DNA of 64,000 bases from Sphyrna mokarran (GCA_024679065.1 JAGIQG010000010.1:80104001-80168000); one strand, 5' to 3'; shown: positions 38,201 through 51,229, numbered from the stretch's first letter. Notes: generated by a model from the sequence alone, not told the origin. Numbers and translations are program-made.

Positions 38201-39277
38201 TGGATCATTTCAAAACGCTATAGAGGGACAGGCAAGAGTTGATTTCAAAACAGAAGAGATTCCCAGCTGTTGGCAGTTTTTGACCCTGACTTTCTAGCAT
38301 GACTGCATGGACCATACACCAGATTTTGTTCTGCATATGATTCTCAAGAGATTGGTGCACTATTTTTAAAAGGTGCCTCTATTTAAACAAAATAAAATAA
38401 GGGAGTACTCCCGTTATGCACATATCTAACTCCCAATCTGCCAGGGAATTCACCCCCATAGTACAACGCTAGGGTATTGTCTGGCCATGCCCCTCTCTCC
38501 CTGGGGGCTGCATTTATCCATGCACCCCTGATAAGTTCTCTTTGCCAGGTCCTCATTTGTCGAAAGCTGTTGTAAATCCTGATGAAGTGACAGGGGAAAT
38601 CCAAACATGGCGGATAATAAGAAAGACCCCTTGGTGATTTTAAAATATATGGTAATAGGGCTCCTACCTCTTGTGGTGGGAACCCCACTGCGTCAGTGGT
38701 AAGGACAATCGGAACGGAAAATCCCGATGGCATAAAAGCCATTTGGTGATTCTTGGTGATTCTCCAAACCCGCCACCTTTCCCACCTGCTGAAAACAAGG
38801 GTAGAACGTCCTGGCCATTGAATCGGATAGTCAATGCCTTGCTCAAATCAAGCAACCTACGCAACAAGTTGCAACTCTACAAGTGCTGTAAGAAGTAGTG
38901 ACAAAAGGATGGCCTGAGAGCATTAAGGATATACCTGTGTTCACTAAAGTCTATATGGGTATACTGTGATGAATTGATAATACTTTTTACAAAGGTAGTA
39001 GGAATATCATCCCGAAGGTGCTGAATGGAGAGATAATGAAGTGTATCCATGCAAGTCATCAAGGAATTGAATCAACTCTGAGAAAGACAAGAGAAGTGCT
39101 CTACAAATGTGCACTGAAATTAAAGACCACATAGTCCAGTGCATGCAATGAGTACCAAACTAAGCAAATTGTGGAGCCATTGATGACACAGACAGAATCT
39201 GGGAGTAGACTTTTTCACTTTGGCAGGAACTGATTATCTTGTCACTGTTGACTATTTCTCTGGGTGCTGGGAGTTAA

Positions 39278-40989
39278 CACAGTAAAAAGTCTCATAACAC
39301 CAGGTTGAAGTCCAAATAGTTTATTTGATAGTAATTACACAAGCTTTCAGAAATGGTGTTCCTTTGTCAGGTGTATGGAAGGTTCTGATCAGAGAAAGTC
39401 ACACACAGTTTACAGAATACTGATTAGAATGCAAGTCTTTACAGCTAAACTACTATTCAATTCTTAAAGATGCAGACAATGTGAGTGGAGATAGCATTAG
39501 CATAGTCTAAAGAGATGTGTATTGTCTCCAGACAGGACAGTAAGTGAGATTTTACAAGACATGAACCCAAGATGACGTAGATACATCTATGACATTTTCT
39601 TCCTTTGGACTCATGGTGAAAAATCACTGAAACAACTATATGATGACATCAACAAATTCCACCCCACCATCAGACTCACCCATGGACTATTCTCCGGAAT
39701 CGGTGACGCACGTATCTCCATCAAGGATGGTCACCTCAGCACCTCACTTACCACAAACCCACAGATAACCTCATGATGCTCCACTTCTCCAGCTTCCACC
39801 CTAAATATGTGAAAGAAGCCATCCTCTATGGACAAACACAGGATCTGCTCAGATGAGGAGGATCATGACAGACACCTCCAGATGCTGAAAGATGCCCTCA
39901 TAAGAACAGGACATGGCGCTCAACTCATCAATCGACAGTTCCAACGCACCACAGTGAAAAACTACACTGACAGCTTCAGAAGACAAACACGGGACACGGT
40001 GGACAGAGTATCCTTCGTTGTCCACTACTTCCTCGGAGCGGATAAGTTACTACATCTTCTCTGGAATCTTCAACACATCACTGATGAAGATGAACATCTT
40101 GCCAGGGTCATCCCCACACCCCCACTTCTTGCCTTCAAACTGCATAACCTCAAACAGACCGTTGTTCACAGCAAACTACCCAACCTTCAGGAGAACAGTG
40201 ACCACAACACCACACAACCCTGCTACAGCAACCTCAGCAAGACATGCTGAATCAGCGACACAGATGACATCATCTCATGTGAGAACACCGTCCACCAGGT
40301 CCACGATACATACTGTTGCAACTCGCCAACATGGCCTATCTAATACGCTGCAGGAAAAGATTTCCTGAAGCATGTTACATTGGGGAGACCATGCAAACAC
40401 TATGACAACAGATGAATGAACATCACTCAACAATTACCAGACAAGACTGTTCCCTTCCTCTTGGTGAACACTTCAGCAGTCATGGGCATTCGGTCTCTGA
40501 TCTTCGGGTAAGCGTTCTTCAAAACGATCTTCATGACACACGACAGTGCAGAATCACTGAGTAGAGACTGATAGCCAAGTTCCGCACACATGTGGATGGT
40601 CTCAATCGGGAACTTGGGTTCATGTCGCACTATCTGTAACCCCCATGACTTGTCTGTGCTTGTAAAATCTCATTTACTGTCCTTTCTGGAGACAATACAC
40701 ATCCGTTTAACCTATGCTAATGCTATCTCCACTGACATTGTCTGCATCTTTAAGACTTGAATAACAGGTGAGCTGTAAAGACTTGCATTCTAATCAGTAT
40801 TCTGTAAACTGTGTGAGACTTTATATACCCTTCTCTGATCAGAACTTTTCACACACCTGACAAAAGAACACCATTTCCAAAAGCTTGTGGGATTACTATC
40901 AAATAAATTGATTGGACTTTAACTTGGTGTTCTGAGACTTCTTACTGTGTTTACTGCAGTCCAACGCCAGTATCTCCACATCATGACTA
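39278..40989 (+). mobile_element. Penelope-like element with inverted upstream pLTR, inserted in the Gypsy integrase
   Basis: RYIYDIFFLWTHG (degenerate RYxDD), STSLYHKPTD, YIGET..MNEH; 39278-39570 is inverted versus 40620-40950; TSD-like CTGGGAGTTAA / CTGAGAGTTAA. Confidence 0.9.
39338..39373 (-). ncRNA. Minimal hammerhead motif (partner copy at 40854-40889 +)
   Basis: CAC-CTGACAA-A-GGAA-CACCAT-TTCT-GAAA-GCTT-GTG. Confidence 0.65.
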
Positions 40990-41897
40990 CTGAGAGTTAA
41001 ACCAGCTGACTTCCACATTGGCAGGAGAATGGGTGAAAGCACACTTCTGTTGATATGGCATTCCAAACATTATGATATATAACAATGGCCCTCAGTTCAT
41101 GAATGAAGAATTCAGATGATTCACTAAGGATTGGGAATTCTGCATGACACCTCGCTTTTATATTATCCTCAGTCAAATGGGAGGGCTGAGGCAGTAGTGA
41201 AAATTGCCAAACAGTTCATCATAAATTCAGCAAATCTAGCACATGCAAGACAGTTTTTGAATGGAGAAACACACCATCAGAAAATATGGAAAGTCGTCCT
41301 ATCCTGAGACTAAAGTCATGCCACATCCAGAACCAGAATAGCAGGCACGAGTGAAAAAATCAAGGTGAAATGACAGAAGACCAAATTTCAGTTTGACAAG
41401 ACTGCTACACCATCACCAGAGTTGAATGTTAGAGATCCAGTCAGGGTGAAAACGTTGAATGATATCAACTGGAATCATCTTGACACATGTATCTAAAACT
41501 TGTAACCTTGATTAGAAGCAGTGGAAGTGAATGACCAAATATACCAGAGCAACTGCAGACATATCAAACAACTAGCAAAGCTATTCCTTCACAGTAATCG
41601 AGGAGAAAGGATCATCTCATCTGTACTGAGTACAAGATTATCATCAATCCTAGACGATGACAAGACCACAGTAACTTCAATGGAACAACAACAATCACCA
41701 AGGCAACAATGGCCATGGGAACAGCCAGTGGATAAGGAACATCACCCAAAAAAACAGTCAATATCAAAGCGCATGCTTATCATTAAAAGACCTGCACAAT
41801 TTGTGCAATGCATGTTCAGTGACTGACTAGTTAAATGAAGCAGTATTAATTCATGACAATATTGAATATATAGCAGGTAACCTGGGTAACTCACTAT

Positions 41898-42116
41898 CCA
41901 TGATGTGAAGATGCCGGCGTTGGAATACATACAGTAAACACAGTAAGAAGTCTCACAACACCAAGTTAAAATCCAACAGGTTTATTTGGTAGCACAAGCC
42001 ACTTGTGTTTTCTCTTGTTTTAATTGATAAAACTTTTTGATAATTTCCTTATTATTTAGTTGTGCTACCAAATAAACCTCTTGGACTTTTACCTGGTGTT
42101 GTGAGACTTCTTATTG
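41898..42116. mobile_element. 219-bp palindromic Penelope-end mini-element
   Basis: Inverted arms 41944-41997 / 42060-42114; perfect 10-bp TSD AACTCACTAT (41888-41897, 42117-42126). Confidence 0.85.
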
Positions 42117-42162
42117 AACTCACTATAACACAGGATCATGTCTGCAGATGTGTTTTTTTCAT

Positions 42163-42354
42163 GAGGGAAGAGGGGATGTTTGCATCTTATGTTTGATATG
42201 AAAAGGGGAACATTTGGATTTTCAAATATCATCAGTCTGAAGGCTCATCTAACTTTCCATAGTCACATGATGTCTGTAAGCAGACATTTTAAGATTAGTT
42301 CAATGAAGACTTTCACTCAAATAGAAATGAAACATCACTGTCAAACATAAAACA
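42163..42354 (+). mobile_element. Polypurine tract and 3' LTR of the Gypsy element
   Basis: GAGGGAAGAGGGGA directly before TGTTT (42177) ... AAACA (42354), downstream of the integrase. Confidence 0.6.
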
Positions 42355-42847
42355 GTGTGAGTTTATTTTAAACAGCGAGAAGAAGTCAGAACTCATTTTA
42401 AAACAGCAAGCAAAAAGGCAAGAATTTGTTTAAACAATGCAGAGAGAGAGATAAGGGTAATAAGAGTAAGTGTGAGGCTACAAAGAAACAGTAAGTGACC
42501 AATTGGTGTTTTTCAGGAAAGAGTATCTTATAAAAGTGTTGAATTTATTAGTAATTGTAAGGTTTTATTGATCGTATTAAGCTTTATTAGTGGTACTAAA
42601 GATTATTGGGAGTAGTAGGGTTTTGGAAAAGGTAATTAATTAATTAATACTGTGATTTTTTTTGTGCCTTTAAGAGGTTTTTTTTTAATATTCATGCTCA
42701 CAGCCTTAGGTGATTAATTGTTGGGAGCAGAACAAAGGCTGTGGGCAGCTCAGGTGACAAGAGTTCATTTTCAGTTTTGGGAGTTGGATGTTAGAAGCAT
42801 CACGCTGAAAAAAAAATCTATGTTTCTTTGGAAGTTCTGCTGCTTTT

Positions 42848-43110
42848 AGAACATGGAAAAACTACAACACAAACAGGCCCTTCAGCCCACAAGTTGCCAA
42901 ACATATCCCTACCTACTAGGCTTATCTATAACCCTCTATCTTACTCAGTCCCAAGTACTTATCCTCATAAGTACTTGGGACTGAGTAAGATAGAGGGTCT
43001 TAAAAAACCCTATCGAATCTGCCTCCAATACCACTGCCGGCAGCCAATTCCACACACCCACCACCCTCTGAGGAAAATCTTACCCCTGACATCCTCTGTA
43101 CCTACTCCCC
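42848..43110 (-). mobile_element. CR1 3' end
   Basis: AAACAGGCCCTTCAGCCCAC; TTCCACACACCCACCACCCTCTG. Confidence 0.8.
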
Positions 43111-43479
43111 AGTTTGAAAGTGCTGCGTTCCAATTGCAAACAAAAAAATCTTAAACATTAATTATCCCAATCTGAAAGTTTTTATTTCATTTTGCATACA
43201 TCTTGGCAGTTTTTAATAAGCACAATTAGCCTATTATTGTCGATTTTCATTGTATGGGTAGGCTCCCAATTTCCAGGCTTGCCAGTTAACTGTAGTATCA
43301 GTATCCCAGACTGGCGTGATTACCCTGGGAACACAATCCAATATCTTGGCGCTCAGTAATACATTGCGCATTTTGCCCCTGTTTTCAGAGCGTGTTACTC
43401 AAGCCATAGAATGCCATAGATAGCAGTGGCGTAAAACACAGGGAAGTTTGAAGTTATTCATTTTGATCATAACAATTAA

Positions 43480-44172
43480 AAAGCAGAATATTTTTGAAAA
43501 TGTGAGAAATTGTAATTGTTGACATTTAAAAAGACTTTGGTTTGTTTGTACAAGGAACATAGAGAATTACCACATAGGGGCAGCAAGCTACTCGGAAGGC
43601 AAAGGCATGTTGGCTTTTATTGCAGGGGGTTGAAGTACAAAAATAATTAAGTGTTGCTACTGATATACAGGGTTTTAGTGAATCTGTATTTGGAACACTG
43701 TGCAGTTTTGGTCCCAAATTTTAACAAAGAATATACTTGATTTGGAGGTGGTATAATGAAGCTTCACTAAATTGGCATCTGGGATGAAGGGGTTGTCCTA
43801 TGATGAGAGGCTGATTAAATTGGGCTTATTTTCTCTGGAGTGTAGAAAAATGAGAGGAGATCTCATTGAAACATAAGGTTCTGAAAGGGTTTGCTTGGGC
43901 AGACACTGAGATTGTTTCCCTGGTCAGGGAATGTAAAAGACAGGGACACAGGTGCGGGATAAAGAGCTTGAGATGTTGAAAATAACTTCATTCAAAGTGC
44001 TGCGAATCTTTAGAATTATCTACCTCAGAAAATTCTGAATGGTCCATCATTGAATATATTTAAGACTGAATGGGAAAATGGAGTTGAAGCCCAAGATCAG
44101 CCATGATTGTATTGAATGGAGGAGCAGACTTGATGGGTCGCATGGTCTATTCCTGCTGCTATTTCTTATGTC
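43480..44172 (+). mobile_element. Decayed CR1 3' fragment
   Basis: LEHCAVLV-like (LEYCVQFW), GMKGLSYDERLIKLGLFSLE, AGATCAGCCATGAT, ATTTCTTATG tail. Confidence 0.8.
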
Positions 44173-45699
44173 TCATTCCTATTCCAAGATTGGAAAAGCT
44201 TTGACAGTGTAAATTATTTCTTTCTGATGGGTACATTTCCCATTACTTCATAGGTTTTATTATCGTTCTTTATGCATTCTCAAAATAATGACCCTTTTTC
44301 TTGATTCAACCTACACATTTTTTTCAAAGCTCTGTTTAATCACAGGGACTGATAAGGCTGAAGTCTCCAGTTTGCTCTCTACAAATTCCATACATACTTT
44401 GAAAGACAACTGCATTATCTCATCAACAGAAGAATATAGGATACTATGAGAGAATGTTGTGGAGTGGAAGGAGGACTCCTGCTCCCCCTGACTCTAAGGA
44501 GTGATTAACTTTACCTTTTGTTGGCCGTGATCACTTAGGCTCAAGAATCTGCTCTGCTCATCCTAAAGCAATTTCTGCCAGTGGGCCTAAAACAGGCATT
44601 AGGTCAGTTATTGACATATGTAAAGGGCCTAATACTTGTTTCTGTCAGCTATATTACCTTTCAATACATCCCAACATCTGATTTGCTTTACTCACAGCTG
44701 CCCAGGATAATTGTAATTCCTTCTTTTTTTAATCAACCAAGATCCCCCAGACATTATTCATTCTCCATGCATATTATCTTCTTTATATTTAAGTAATAGT
44801 CCCTTTCTGGAATTTTTGAAACAGTTTGCATTTCTCCAAATTGAATTTAATTTGCCATCTGTCTCTGCTTAAACCCCATTTAATGTTTCTTGTTCTAATA
44901 AATATTGTTTCAATTTATCTTTATTAAAATCTATTTGCTATTCCTCAGATCATTTATTTATACCTGCGGAACACATCTAGTGATTGCCTCAAGATACTAT
45001 TTTTTATATTTATCATACCTTCTGCTGCCTGTTGCCAAGCCAAATAGATAATTTGCCAAGCTTTTACATCTATGAAACACAGAGGCATCTACACATAAGT
45101 CATTGTGCAGCATGCTCATCCTCAGACTACCAGATAACATTGAAGTATCACAGAAGAAACATTATTTACAGCTACTACACCATCTGTTCACCAATCATTG
45201 ACCAAATTCAGGTGCAACTGACTTGAGAGTAGGAGGAGGTTTTTGGCATCATATGCGTAGATAATGCTAAAACTGACTGTATTCTCATGCACCGCCACAT
45301 ATTTGAAATGGCAATGCTGCATCAGAATGGAGCCCTGTGGAACAACTGAGACCTCAGGAATACTAGGTATTGCAGTAAAGTGGGGTGAGCCCACTGGAGA
45401 AGATTGTACAAAGATTGGCCACTACTAGCATTGAAGAGCCCTCTGATATATAAAAACCAATGGAGATGAACTGAAACTGAGGTGAAGTCAGTCAGCAAGA
45501 TGGAGGGTTAGGGCTTTTTCAGTTATGGGATGTGGACAAAATCAGCTGGGCCAGCATTTAGTGCTCATCCCTAATTGTTTTTGAACTTAGTGACTTGCTC
45601 AGCCATTTTAGAGGGCATTTATGAGTCAAACTCGTTGAATGTAATTGTACTAAAATTAGCCAGTGTCAGTTTCAGACTGAAAACTGGTGTGTATCTTTC

Positions 45700-46082
45700 C
45701 AGATACATAGCTGAGTTTTCACTCCGGATTCTCTGGCACTCAAAACAGAATATCTGGGGACAAGGTTTGCATCTTCATTCTGTTGGGGCAGGGGCTGACA
45801 GAACCAGTAAGACCGATTCCACAGACATTGGGGCATCTGCATAAAACACAAACTCACAGCATCTGAAAACCAGTAATGATTTGTACCAGCATGACGTTAC
45901 ACTGATTGAGTGGGAAAATAAATTGAAGGTGGAAGTAGTGATGTCAAATCCGCCGGTTATACACAGCTGCATGCAAATCAGGATCGCACCAATCCTGGGT
46001 GTATTCAGTTGGAGAAACAAGGAAAATCCCAAACCAGAATTTTGCCAGCGTAAATCCTGTTTTTGGTCTAGCAGGATTGGTA
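45700..46082. mobile_element. Harbinger-type MITE
   Basis: GCTGAGTTTTCAC start, ATGCAAATCAGG and TGACGT motifs as in other MITEs here, CAGGATTGG end. Confidence 0.4.
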
Positions 46083-46489
46083 GGGGAGTTAGTTATGAAG
46101 GTCTACCTTCTCAACATTGCTGCTCACATGAACGATCCTCAGGTTAAATTTATCACCAATCAGCTCTCCCCTTAAAGGGACGGGCAGCCTATTGTCATCT
46201 GGGACAAAGGCTCTTCACGTTTCCCATCTGTAAAGTGGAAAACAAGGATATGGTGAATCCTATCACCATCTATAAGGGAAGGGAAGAGAACTGAAGTGCA
46301 GGAAATGTTGTGAACATGGTTGAGGGCCCTGTTAATCACAAATAGGAGGAATACTTGATTGAGGGAAAATAAAGACATATCGGCTAGAATTCTTCCATCC
46401 TACTGCTACTGGAATTTTAGTGGGCAGGTCAGGAAAGCATTTCCGGCTTATCGACCAGCATGGCTGGAGAATTCCACCCTTCACCTTCT

Positions 46490-47255
46490 CCTCTCCTTCT
46501 TTCCCTTTTTAGCATTCCAAAGGAAGCATTCATCTGTGTTACCTTGGTCCACATTTCCATTAACTAAGACACCTCATCCACTACCAACAACACCCTGACA
46601 TGCAATCTCAGGAATTGCAATTCCAGTCCTTTCATCTCCTTCCTTCTCAGTGCTCAAGATTGCAAACATTTCCAGGTAAAGCAGTGACTTAGGTTACTTT
46701 CAATTTACTATACTGTATTCACCATTCACAATACAGTGTCCTCAACATTAGCTGACGACTAAATGGAACAACTCCACAATTCTGCAAGTATGATCTCAAA
46801 TTTCTAGTTATTTGCTATTTTAATTCATCAACTTGCTCTTACTCAGCCTGCTGCAGTATTCCAGTGAAGTACAATCCAGGCTCAAGAGGCGGCACCTCAT
46901 CTTTCAAGAAGGCATTTTAGAGCCTTCACTGAGTTCAACAATTTCTGACACGAATTCTGTCCCCTATTTTGATTCTGTTTTTATCCTCCATCTGCCAGTA
47001 TGAATTTTGTTTTCTGTAATTTTGCTTTTGGAAGGACTGTTCATTATTCTGCCATTGACATTCATGTTGGACAAATGCTTTGCTTCTCTATTTCTTCTCT
47101 TTTGTTTCTGCCACCCACACCCCTCCCCACGGCTTCCAATGGCATAAAACTGATTATATTTCTACTTTCTTTCAATTCATATTTGTCTTGAAATGTTAAC
47201 TCTATTTCTCACTCCATAGATACTGCCGGACTTGCTGAGCATTTCCTGTTTTGAC
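46490..47255 (+). mobile_element. Second Penelope-like family, decayed GIY-YIG and terminal repeat
   Basis: CNLRNCNSSPFISFL..FQVKQ..FNLLYCI..CYFNS; ends GAAATGTTAACTCTATTTCTC..GCTGAGCATTTCC like the palindromic elements. Confidence 0.7.
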
Positions 47256-49794
47256 CCCAGCTCCATAATGTATCTGGTCAATAGCCATCAACAACAATCA
47301 CCCATTTGGACAATAGTGCATGTGGCGACTCTTGCAAAGACCTATCCAATTACTCACATTTCTCTGATCTTTCTCTACAATCTAGCAAATATTTCCAATT
47401 CCGTTTTGAAAATTATTATTGAATCTGCTAACACCACCCTTTCCAGCAATGCATTCCAAATAAAAACAACTCTGTAAAATTAGTTTTCTATATTTTCTTT
47501 CACTTCTGATTATTTTGCCATTACCTTATCTCTGCGTCCGCTGGTCACCAATCTCTCTGCTTTTGTAACAGTCCTTCTTTATTTACTCTTTTGTGAACTG
47601 CAAAGACGTTTTCACTTTTGACTTGCTATTTGTTTTTCCAAAATATCCTCAAAGTAGAGGGAGCTTAGTCTGCATTTATCCACTCCCGCTTTAGCCACAA
47701 CTTTTAAGATTGTAATTATCCTAAACAACCTGATTCTTAAAGAGAAAGACCATACTGTGAGACACTTAAAAAAACAAAAAGTCCTTTTGAAGGCTATTAC
47801 ATATTTCAATAATCATTAACGTTTCAGTATTTACTTTGATAAAGGATGACATTCAGCAGCGAACTTAAGTATTTATTCTACAGTAACAATGCTAGCTAAA
47901 ATAAGAGTACAGTCTTAGCATGCAAAGATAGATCTGAGGGGCTGGATTTTGTTTTGGGGATGAGACTCCAACATCAAGTGAAGTTTCAGGTCCTGGCCCC
48001 ACATCATGTCAGCATCAGACTCCCAACTTGATTTTTGTGGGGTGGCCATTTAGTGGCCAGATTCTCATCTAATTAAGGCTGGGGGAATCAACAGGAGGTA
48101 TCCATCAATAATACATCAACAACCCCATGATCCCAGGTTGGATAGTTGCCAATACATGTAAAAGAGTGAAAGAGAGTAGTGGTGTCACGCTTTAAGGGGA
48201 TGCTCCCTAAAGGCCGTGAGATCAGGCTGGACTCTTTGGAGTTTCAAAATGAGAAGCTGAGCCAATAGTGTGCAAGGGCACTTATCCCAGGTAAGAGAGA
48301 ATCCTCAGCTGGACCCAGGGAGGAATGTTGTACCGTTGTATACTTTATTCCATCTGATGCTTTTATTTTAAATATTTTTTATTGGCAATAAAGCCTTTGT
48401 TACTAATAGCCACATTGAGTTGCCCTTGAGCTATTACAGTGCCTCATGATGGAGGCACTCTCTGATGATAAATTAAAATGTTTTAACTAGAATTTTCCAC
48501 TAGATGGCAAGTCGCTGCAGCTGTAGCTTGACACCCATGACAGGTATGGGAGGAGCAGGGGGTGGGGGTGAGGCATAGTCCCTGAGAAGAATGGGGTGCT
48601 ACTGGGATGACGCTTCCATTCTCTGACCGTACTTCAGTGTGGGGCCATAAGGAGAATGGAAAATTCTGGTTCGCTCCTTCTCTGTGACCTTAGTGGGCTT
48701 AATTGACCTAATACACACTCGCTGCTCATTGCATCCAGAGCCCTGCCCAGAATGAAAATGACCTAGTGGCAGGAACATGTTGCTCTCCCACACCAATTTT
48801 TGAACCTTCCCACTTCAAACAGGAGTCCAAAATTTGGCCCAAGGTCAGCCTAATAAATTATTCTGAGAAGATAAATAAATGGCTAATCATAAAATTAACT
48901 GAATCAGAAAAGATCTTTGTTCTGCTTTTATTTGTATTGAGATTATGAGCCAATGCAACATGCACGGACACTGTCTCCTGTTCTTCACCATGTACATAAG
49001 ATCTACTTAAAAGGACACAACTTATCCTTAGGCAAGTTTATAGCCACTTTACTGAATTTTGAACTTCTAAGATATTTTGGAGTGGAGGTAGGAATTTAAT
49101 TCCTCTTATCTTTGGCTGTTTTCCCTCTGCTTTATTCATTTCAGGAGTTCTGCAATCTTTCTCAATGATACAAACAATGATTCAAAGGATTTTATATGAC
49201 TATTTATCTCCTCATGAGTTCAACATTTTGGAATATCTCAGTTTATATGACGATTAAAGTAGGGTTTCTTAATAATGGAAGGGTAAAAAAATTTTAAAAA
49301 TTACAATTTATACATTTGCAAACAGAGTGCTTACATTTATACATTTGCAAACAGAGTGCTTTTATTTATATAAGTTGCCTGAGGTGCCTTTTTCTGGTAG
49401 TAATTTCAAATTACAATTTCTGGAGTTCATAGAAGTTTGCTGCTGCCATTTTCACTTGGTGCTTAATTGAGATTGACAAGGCTGAAAACATAAACAGGGA
49501 GGAGAATGGATAGAGCCTGTTGTACCCGTGCTGGTCTCCATTGTAAAAGTGGGCCTCCATATATAACAAAGTATTGAAATTTACCACATTTGTTTCATGT
49601 ATTAACCATTGCAACTTTTAAAGTTCTAGTCAAGGAGAATAGAGTCACAAACTACAATTATTTTCATCAGCACCAACAATTAATAGGCACTCAAATTGAC
49701 TATTGAGGCAAGATAGTGTGCTTAGTTTTACGAGGGACATTGGAGCACCAACATCAGGTTGAAAGCAGGTTCAACCCTACATTTGACAGCATGG

Positions 49795-50015
49795 CACAAA
49801 AACAGAAAATGCTGGAAAATCTCAGTAGGTCTGACGATATCTCTGGGGAGAAAATAGAGCCAATGTTTTGAGTTTAGATGACCCTTCATCAGAGGTGGAT
49901 GAAGGGCCATGTAAACTCAATATTAGCTCTATTCTCTCCCCACACATGCTGTCAGACTTCTTGAGATTTTCTGTTTTTGTTTCAGATTCCAGCATCTGCA
50001 ATATTTTGTTTTTAT
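49795..50015. mobile_element. Palindromic Penelope-derived mini-element with hammerhead (49862-49892 -)
   Basis: Inverted arms centred near 49895; reverse strand CTGATGA-A-GGGT-CATCTAA-ACTC-AAAAC. Confidence 0.85.
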
Positions 50016-51229
50016 AGCAGTCAGCACCATTTGACAATTTTATGACAGGTGGCCTACTAACCGGCCTGTGAGCCCACTGACCAAGTAAAGAGAACAGGAA
50101 AACAAACTCCTGCTGAAGCCTCAGCAGTGCCACTAGAGAGTTGGCAATGCATAATGCCTCAGTAGCTAGGCAGGTAAGTGAAAAAGTCACTGTGCTGAAT
50201 ATTGAAGGGCAAACCCTCTGAGGAGGTCGTAGGAGCCACAAGTGCTGACTTCACTGCCTGCAGTTCTTCTTTGACCCATGACACCCTCTCTCCTGGGCTA
50301 TTACTGAGAGGTCACATCCACAGCCACCACATCCACTCTGATGCTATTGAAAGAAATGCCTTCTAAAAATGTAAATAAGCTTCTTACTTCCTTGGGGCAG
50401 TATCTAGTTCTGCCATTGGTAAAATATCCCGACTGCAGAACAGGATCAAGGAGTCAGTCCAACCTGATTGCTCACAATTTTATGAGTGCCGTAGCTTCCC
50501 ACCTTCTGTCTTAGTTAAAATCCAACCAATGGCTTTCAATCTAAGGCTGACAAGAATGTTTGAAATCCTAGGCCTACTAGGCCTTCTTTCATGCTTTTGG
50601 AAATCACTGGTCAAATGTTGCCGAATTTCAATAACACTGATTTCAGGTTCTATAGCCTGTTCATGTTGAGACCAAAGGCAGAAGTTTCCCAGACCTTTGG
50701 AGGCATGTTCTGGGGTGACCGGGTTGGAAAAGTCTCAGAAATTGATGTTAGGTTGGGATAACAATATGATCCCACTGTTCTTTGGCTTTCATTGGGTAGC
50801 AGTGAACAAGGTTGATGAACCCCCATGTATCTATCATGCAACTAATTAAGAAGTTGTTGAGGTAAACCAATTATGAACTGCTTTAGCCCAGTATCCTGGA
50901 TTTCCTGCCCAGGAACAGTCTTCCTGACCTGCCAACATGTGGCACTGAGAGAGTGTGAAGTGAGAACAGCTTCTACAATGGAACCGACAAGCTGTGAAGT
51001 CTTTGATTAATTATACAGAACAGCTCCAGCCATTGCCTTTGAGAGATTTTTATTTAAAGTACTTCATCTTTCAGATGTCCTTTAACTGATGACAATGATT
51101 GCCAACTTCCTGGAAGACAAGTTGGGATTCTCTAGTTAAGTTCATGCATCTTAGTAATGAAGAGGATGAATCCGTCCATGCAAGAACACCTCATTGTACA
51201 GATTAAGTTGTCATAATTAGACAAATCCA

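Larger units (their letters stand above)
38820..41897 (+). pseudogene. Gypsy-type LTR retrotransposon integrase remnant
   Basis: KGWPE, IHASHQGIESTLRKTREVLY..C..C (HHCC), YLVTVDYFS, YGIP..NNGPQF, YPQSNGRAEAVVK; split by a Penelope element. Confidence 0.85.

Noticed and set aside
42355-42845. LINE 5' UTR or a second LTR
   Set aside because: Repeat-like composition but no diagnostic termini or coding motif
48614-48661. TTCCATTCTC/GAGAATGGAA hairpin as a structured ncRNA
   Set aside because: Lies within a MITE-like end; sub-terminal inverted repeats explain it
49306-49361. 29-bp-period tandem duplication
   Set aside because: Two copies only; ordinary slippage duplication
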